A stretch of 58,174 bases of DNA, filler included, from Sphacelaria rigidula (Eukaryota): assembly GCA_964200075.2 (NCBI GenBank). It is 8 parts of 8 records of this genome, joined end to end, with 100 filler letters (N's around TTAATTAATTAA, not from the genome) between each part and the next. Parts side by side here need not be neighbours in the genome. Positions count along the whole stretch, not along the records: positions 43,709 to 50,891 come from CAXNAA020016085.1; positions 50,992 to 58,174 come from CAXNAA020016086.1; 6 more parts are not named here. The stretch is one strand, 5' to 3'. The notes under the pieces are model-generated. The model searched no databases. It saw nothing but the letters and a program-made list of their open reading frames with translations, and was not told the origin of the DNA. Each line of letters opens with the position of its first letter. Positions within the stretch are counted from its first letter, which is position 1. This document shows, one piece after another, positions 50,631 to 58,174 of the stretch. A program made the position numbers and the translations under genes.

Positions 50631-51313
50631 CACTTTGTTCAACACTACGTGATACGATCGTCCTTTGCGCGGAGTTGAGCTTCTCCACCGTGCACAATAT
50701 GACGTAACTCAACCATCATGGTTACCGCAAAATCGAACGCAATCGACAAAGCCCTTCCGTAACCTGGTTGCCTAGCGTACCGAGCGCGTGGCGTGTCCTA
50801 CAGCGCCATTACCAACCGATACCAACCCTCAAATGGGTAGGGTGAAGGGGAGGGGGGGGGTGTACTCATGATCATGCATGCCATAGTCATANNNNNNNNN
50901 NNNNNNNNNNNNNNNNNNNNNNNNNNNNNNNNNNNTTAATTAATTAANNNNNNNNNNNNNNNNNNNNNNNNNNNNNNNNNNNNNNNNNNNNTTTGGATGA
51001 GAGTCTCCAATGAGTTGCTTCATTTTCTGGTATCGCCACTTCCAGAGACAGCCACGGCTTGTACACTGCCTCGTGGGTGTCTTACCATCGAAGAGGCGCG
51101 GGGGTGGGGGGGCTATGTTCCTGGGACGATTGTCACGACCCCCTCGGTACAGAGGACATGGGCATGACCCACTATTTGACGGTTACAAGTATTCTAGAAA
51201 AAACAATGTGACATAGCCATTAGAAGCAGTGTACATGTGGATACTACCGCATAGAGGGAGGAAATTCTCGTATGTGTCTGTTGAAGATAGTGCCTTCCCA
51301 CATTGGCGACACC

Positions 51314-51375
51314 ATGAGATAACTCTGTACACTTCAAGAACAGAAGGTCCCGGGTTCGTCCCCCGGCTCCCACCA
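51314..51375 (+). other. Degenerate tRNA-like sequence (tRNA pseudogene or SINE head)
   Basis: T arm/B box GGTCCCGGGTTCGTCCCCCGG followed by CTCCCACCA; D arm not formed. Confidence 0.4.
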
Positions 51376-54300
51376 ACGGGATGAAAGAAGAAAAGATGAG
51401 TCGACAATCGAAAAACCGTCAAATTGGGAGGGGGGACTGGCGGCTAGCTAGCGAGCAGAATTCATAAACTCACGGGAAACTCTTGTACAGAGATGTTGGC
51501 TTGACAACTTCACACGCAAAACATATGTGAAGAAAGATCCTGAAAACTCCCCACTGCTAGCCGGCGAAACCTCTACAAGCCTCTTCTCGTCGAAGAATGT
51601 ACGAAGAAGCTTATAAAAGTGGGGGTGATGTGGATACTACCACATGAACGGGGAAAATCCTTACAAGTTTCCGTCGAGGAAATCACCTTTGCACATGAGC
51701 TATCTATTTAAATACTGCTACACACTAGCCAATCACACACTCAGCAGGACCCATTCATGAGCACCATGACCCCCAGTTCACGGAAACCCCTGGTAGTTGA
51801 GGGTTGACGCGAGATTTTGATCGCGTACGTGGAATATCCATACATTCGGTGTCGGCTCTAGCACGAATAATATTGAGGATCGTGTTGCTTTCCAGTATCA
51901 TAGCCCGTAATACACAAAGAACAAGACGAGGGTGTGCCAATGGTGGGAGGGGGCAAACGATGGCAAATCACGTAAAGGTTTAGAAAGGAAAGTCGTCACG
52001 CGTACCTTGTTTTGGACCAAGGACTGGCGGGTTTGAGCACTGCGACGTCGAGAAGTGTTTTAGCTCTATTGACTCTACTGCGATCGATGAAAACAGCTTC
52101 TCAACTTTGGTGTGGCATGAACGACTGCTGCTGGGGCGTAATTGACCTTAGCACGGACGTGTGGATGTCAAACACTATACTCTACTCCTATAACTGTACT
52201 GCCGTTAGGGCAGTCGTTAACTTGGCTACAATATGTTACTTTGTTTTGCCAAGAATCGCGCAGGGGGCAGGAGAGTAGGATTGAAACCTTCGGAGCCACT
52301 GAGTATAGTCAGTGTTGCACGTCTTTCTGGAACGGCTGCCAGATGTTACTCCAGACATGCTCGTGCTGTCACTCCGGGGTTCTAACCTGGTGCTGTCGTG
52401 CAAGAAAAACGAGACGATAAGAATTATGACGTAACGGCAACCTCGCTAATTCGAACCCCCTTGGCGAATTACCTGCTCCGCTCGACTCATGCTCAGGAAT
52501 ATTGAGAAGGGAGTCCATGAAGGACGTTTCTGCGTTCCTGAAAAAGGACGTGTTTAGCGGAATTAATGTGAAGGAGGAGATTATATGGCAGGCGATTATC
52601 TTCATCTTCATTGGAGCTGATTCTTTGGGGTACAGTGTACAACATGTATGATATGCAAATAGAGGTACAGTAGGCAAATACACGTACGAGATGCTATAAG
52701 ATGTAAAATATAGATCACCTAGGTATCGACTTGGCATGTGCGGCTTTGCTCAGCCCCGCGCAGGAGCGACGCGCGACTCCAGCAAGAAACGGTTCCCGTA
52801 TGTCGGCCACGGTGAAGAGACGCTTTGGTGTTCTCGATTTCACACATCTCGTTCAATTAGCACCCCATTTCCTTCTCCTCTTGCTCACGTTCTCATCAGG
52901 TGCTGGCGACAAGAGCGGAAGAGGTACATTGACTGGATGCGGAGGAGAGAGGAGAACAGCACACATGTAGATACGGGCGAAAATGACATGACCGAAGATG
53001 GCAGCAGGCGAGTAGCCTCAAGAATCCCTTTCGCGGTGCCTTGTAGCTCATCCCCAGAATGCTCTTGCCGATTTCGGGTTCTAACAAGGAGGTGCTGCCC
53101 CTTCTTGCCACTGTTGGATCACCTCTCCGGTGCTGAACAAGTCCATTTTTTCGTGATATCACCAGGGCCCTATTCACAATTTCTCCCCGGCAGCCTGCTG
53201 CTTGCAGTGGTTGATCGCGTCCGCTATCCGCACTATATGCTGTTGTATTTGACCAGTACCATCCCACTGTCCCTTACGGACTGCGGTAGTGTAAGCTATA
53301 GTGTGCGCTAAGTCTGTTGAGGGTACGAGGAGCGCCCGTCCAACGCCAAGCACACCCTAGTTCCTCACCAACTCCCCAACAGTGCCCATTGTTGTCGGGC
53401 ATTGTTCTGCAGTACGCCCTCCTTCCACCTAGTTCTGTGTCCATTCCAACCCTGCTCACGCGGCGCCTCTCTATCGCCCTCCAACCCACACAGGACACCG
53501 GCGAAGCGCGTGCTGTGTATGCGATAGCCGGCCAACCCTCTCCCTCCCCCGCTCCGTTCGTGATGTCGGTATTTTGCATCGGCAGCGAGGAGAACGAGGA
53601 TTCGAGCGGGGACATGACAGTATCTGACTCACGAGTAGGTGAATGGTCGCAATCGGACAAAGGTGACATTGCCTTTGGGAAGGACGGAGCTGGTTCTGAC
53701 CCTGGATCCGGAACGGACACCGAAACGGATGATGATGTCCACGCTCGTGGAGACGACTGCCCGACGAGACGCTTGATTCTCGGTTCGTGCGCTTACAAAC
53801 AAGTGAGAAGTGGATCTGTTCATTTGATGCTTTGGCTGCGTGGATGATCTGCACAAATTCGTGCCTCGAACTACAGTATACGTTTGATGTAAAATAAGCG
53901 TATGGAATTGCATTGGTTTCTGGGGCGGCCAAACCTCGTCGTGTCGTGTAGTCTGTTGGTTCAGTACGTTGTGAAGATCTTTGGTTTCTGTCGTTGCCCC
54001 TCCGATGTGGGGAAATGCCCTTTCGCGAACGCGCATAGCTCTCCTGTGATGTATGTCTCTGGGTACACCCAGGATGTTTCAACAAACATATCGATTGCGG
54101 CAGGGGTATAACCGCTGTCGAGCTTGCGCTAAGGATGGCGCCCGCTTCACAGACCCTGCTCGCTACTAAGAAGATGACAGTGGGTCACGATCTGATGTCT
54201 CGAGGCCCTTTCTAATCGGCGGAGTTACTTTCGAAAACTCCGGCGCGTTCGTTTTTCACTGGGAAACACGGAAAAGCGACAGTGTCATGATGATGGCTTG

Positions 54301-55335
54301 GGCCCACCTGCTACATTCTACATCCTATTCCACGATGTCATAACAGCCCTGCAAGTGCCCAATATAATCATGATCACCCTCAAGAACAGCGAAATCATAT
54401 CTACAGTGCAGTGGGGTGAAGGTCAGTCATGGTGTGTGGCCGTATCGGGGCTGTGCTTTCTCCTAACTGCATGGAATAAAGCAGTGCTAAATTTCCGAAT
54501 TAACCAGTTTCCGAATTGGAAGTGGAACTTTGCACCTTGACGAAAAGCGAGTCGTGCAATTTTCCAAAGAGAAATAAATCATTCGAAAAAACTTGCGTCG
54601 GCATCATGCAAGATCGAGAAGANNNNNNNNNNCGAGAAGAGTTAGGACAAGTGGCACGTGTTGTTTTTATCGCCGAGAGCAAGCCGTGCGACTGAGAACT
54701 ACTTGTCGGGCCGCGAATACTTCCGTCGGTGTTGTGCTGTCACGCGTCGTGCAGCAAGCACGATGACATTCATCGGTGGCAACTATGCATTGCTGTGATC
54801 GTGCTATCCTTCATACATAATCATTTTCCTCTTCATGCGGTGTTCTCATGCGTCGGCAGCGTACTGCCGACTTTGAGGAAAGGATGACGAGCAAGTGTAC
54901 GCTCGAAAAGGGATCTCGCGTTGGGCTCACCCTTTGGGGCACGGTGTACGGCAAGACGGACACGGGAGCGAGCATGGTCGTGGTTGAAGGCAAAGCGAAT
55001 ACAGCCGGAGTGCTGGTCTTACCGAAAGATACACAAGGTACAAGGTACAGTCGGCGAGTTTTCGTCGCCTTTTTTTGTGTCGTTGTGGCACGTGTGCGGC
55101 ATACATTCCATCGATTACAGTAGCGGCCAACCGGCAAGAAACGCGTGAGCAAGAATCTCCAGCCACACTATTTGCCCAATTTTGAGTCGTAAGTGCGATA
55201 CTCATCCCTGGGGTGAGGCTGTGAAATAACATTTACACCTAGGCCCGAAGCATCGCATCTTTTTAGTGAATCGCAACAGCCCTGTAGCCGACTTCCGGCG
55301 ATGTGTAGAATCGTAATCGTAATTGTATTCCCCCT

Positions 55336-55626
55336 CACACTTTGAACCCCTCCCCTTCCTCGGAATGAGTCCGTGGTCTCAAGGCATCAACCCATCTCTC
55401 CCCCGGTACGTGCCTTTCATTTTGATTTCGGGGATTGGATCAGCACTCCCGCACCGCGTCAATTCACGTCACACAAACCCAGTCGACTACTTTTGTTTAC
55501 TCACGTTCTCACACTTTCCACGATGGAAATCATACATTACGAAGAAAAAACCCAACCCATCGGAAATCGAACCCCCGTTCTCTCCACCCTAATGGCGACA
55601 GTCGGACCATTACGTCACCGGGGCGC
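55336..55626 (-). mobile_element. tRNA-Pro-like SINE, copy 2
   Basis: Head GCGCCCCGGTGACGTAATGG..TTAGGGTGGAGAGAACGGGGGTTCGATTTCC; body shares CACTTTGAACCCCT..GAGTCCGTGG..ATCAACCCATCTCTCCCC(C)GGTACG with 4433-4510. Confidence 0.7.
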
Positions 55627-58174
55627 AATTGTATAGCATAATTTAATCAGATGGACTGTGCCCGAGGTCATGTGCGACCTCGGAAATGACGTTTGGAAGG
55701 GAGTCGTGCACTATTACACGTTGCGAGTGGCGTTCCATGCCATATGTAGTCGGTGTGTCTAGGATGACGAAGAACGTGTCGCTAGTCTCTGATTCGTGAC
55801 CATGTAGTAGCTTTAAGCCGTAAACATCGCTCGTTATGTCGGATCGCGTGTATTGCACGAGACTCGTCTTTGTCAACCTCTGCCGAATACTTTCGTCTCG
55901 CTTCGCTTGTCGTTCCCGTGTTTTCACGTGTGTTTGTCCAGTCGTTTCGACCAGTAAGGCCGAGAAAACGGAAGAACAATGGTTGAAGATGGCTGCAATA
56001 GCCTCCAGATTAGAGGTGAAAATGACACACGTTAGCGTGGTAGCATTGCAATGTCCTTTTCAGATGTTTGTGCATGCCTATCATGGTCGATAGTTACTAA
56101 ATAGTGCTTCCACCAGTCAAGTTACCTACAATAGTTGGAGCGAGCTACTTTGTAAGGTATGAAGAGAACGGTGACTGTTGACGCTTTCCAACACCGACCA
56201 CTTGGTCAGCTACCGCAAATTGGCGTTCCTTCAAACTGAAGCTATGGTTTTCCACAATCTCTTTTTGATGAGCAAATAGATCTCAAGCAATATGATACAC
56301 CTCGGATACCTTGTACGACAGGATAGAGACTGCTTGTTACTTGCCGCCGGGTTGCCTACAAGTTTGCGTTTTATGTGGTCGACCTGAGCAGAAGTATACC
56401 ATAAGTCTTGCCATACTTATCTTTGGAAGAGTAAGTTGCACGTCTGAAAAAGACCTCGTACTACAGCACGTGGTAGCCAGCTGGTGAGTCATGGTAACGC
56501 TGGGCACGTGGTTTCATAGAAGACAATCTGACGTATCCTCCGTCCTATGCCGTGTCCTCCCTTGCCCTGTTGTGTACTCTACCTTTCTGTACCACCGGGC
56601 TCGCCTTTCGGGCTGTTTGATCATGAATAATGAAAGAAAATGATCGACGGCGCGGTGGAAGAAGAGTCATCAAATCGCGCGAGGGAAAGCGACGCGATGA
56701 ATGCGTCGAAGAAAATGAGGCCGACCAGAAATGAGGAAGGAGCCACTGACAGCTAAACACGAACACAGGAGCGGCGAGTTGCGCCTGGTGAACCTGGATG
56801 TATACTGTACGGGAACTTGGTTGCATGCTACTTGGATGAATCGACACGTGGTATTAAATGGGGCTTCCAGCTCTCCTGTACTCGCACCGATAGGCTTCGT
56901 GTCGATGGCTGGGAGCTACAGATGAAATGGTCATTTTTCGGTAGATCCATGTACTACGCATGTATCAAGCTCGTGTGTAGAATCAGCCTGATCGTCGCGA
57001 ATTCATGAAGTTATCCGCATCGTCAACACCAGTAGGTACAGTTTACTTGCACATGTGTCCAGACAAATCGTGTAGATTCCACAGTACAGGGTGTAGAAAA
57101 TGGGGGTTACCTACGAGTAGTGGGTTTCGTATTCCAACTTTTCAGATGTAGGCCCCTGGAGGTCATATTCCGTGGACTTGGAAGGTATTCGAGGGGTGAT
57201 GTCCACGGTATGTTATGTGCTACCCGTGAATGTTTGACGTGTACAACACAGTTGACATTCGGACCATTTGATTTTCGCACCCTAACTGATTCCCGAGTGA
57301 TCCAGCCGTGATGACACGATACATGTACCCGACATACAAAAAAAAAAACACCACCGAGTGTTTTTCCCAGAAGTTGATTTTTCCATGTAAGGCAAGCCGA
57401 TTAGGCAATGTATTCGCATCTCAATCTACTGAATCCCCTGGGCTGCCTGTAGATGGTACAGACATTATGTAGATCTGCACGGACTCTGTTTATCGACAAG
57501 GCTTTGAGCTGCCCAGTTGCTTCGTGGCCAACGGGTGGGCTAGGTTTGCAGCTGTCGGTGCCATTGTAGGTCCATGATGAAGGTCGAGCCGATAGTTGGG
57601 TTGCATTAAGGCGTGCTACTAGTATCAGTGAAGAATGCTCCACATTTGGGATGACTTTAACGGCGTCCACGTGGTTCCTCCAGCGGCACAGCAAGCACGA
57701 AGCCGATTTGTCGAACAGCGCAAGTGGAACCTTTGTTGTTCTTCCTACTCTTCTCCCCGCCCCCATCCTCGGGACGAGTTCATAGTCTCAACGAATCAAC
57801 TAATCTCTGATTCGGTAGCTGCCTCTTATTCTTCCGTCCACATTCAATCGTTGCCCTTATGTGGGAAGATTCCGTGGTCTGACAGGATCGACGCATCGCT
57901 CCCCCGGCACACACGCCTTACATTCTAGTGTTGCGGGTTGGACCGCCATCAGCACTCGTGCACCGCGTGTGCTCTCATCGAATGATTGATTATGCTGCTC
58001 ACGCCCTCAGACTTCGATAACGGAAATCAGATTTTGCAGAAAAGGCAAGGTGCCCCACCAACTGCAGGCCAGGATCCATAGCCCCCGCACCCCCCACCTT
58101 CGCCTGGTCCGGCGAGAACCCGGCGTGCTCCGTCCCGGCTTTGTAGGGGCGGACCCCCGATGGGGTTGGCGTCG

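Noticed and set aside
51131..51213. Solo LTR (TGTCACGACCC..GTGACA)
   Set aside because: Very short and no target-site duplication
53450..53490. RRLSIALQ as the C-terminus of a CRE/RLE retrotransposon
   Set aside because: Isolated short match; no upstream RT or PD-D endonuclease motifs
58060..58174. HDV-like ribozyme
   Set aside because: A P1-like pairing exists (GGCCAGG/CCTGGTC), but no P3/L3 nested pseudoknot could be built

Overview
This is not one locus. It is eight unrelated ~7.18 kb scaffolds (7185, 7185, 7185, 7185, 7184, 7184, 7183, 7183 bp, size-sorted) joined by artificial 100-nt linkers (44 N + TTAATTAATTAA + 44 N), so adjacency across linkers means nothing. The DNA is eukaryotic, intron- and repeat-rich and ~50% GC. 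A nuclear, intron-split petC and the repeat types point to a photosynthetic stramenopile, most likely a brown alga (inference). Host genes are all partial: petC (Rieske protein of cytochrome b6f, 3 exons, +), a lipocalin (3 exons, -), a DEAD-box RNA helicase (3 exons, +) and one orphan exon. The rest is mostly mobile DNA: a decayed RTE LINE, two copies of an RTEX-like LINE, a Ty3/gypsy pol with a chromodomain-like integrase tail, a tRNA-Pro-like SINE (2 copies), and MITEs with hAT, Harbinger, piggyBac and Sola2 hallmarks. The most notable observations are: (i) scaffold 1 begins and ends with the same 127 bp, so it is a 7058-bp loop (circle or tandem unit); (ii) Academ-like (XPG/Cys-rich CXC) transposon relics in scaffold 2 and, more weakly, in that loop; (iii) a 17-bp inverted module shared by two MITEs of different apparent superfamilies; (iv) a decayed duplicate of the DEAD-motif exon. 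I see no intact novel multi-gene system, CRISPR array or rRNA. All family assignments are by eye, without database searches.
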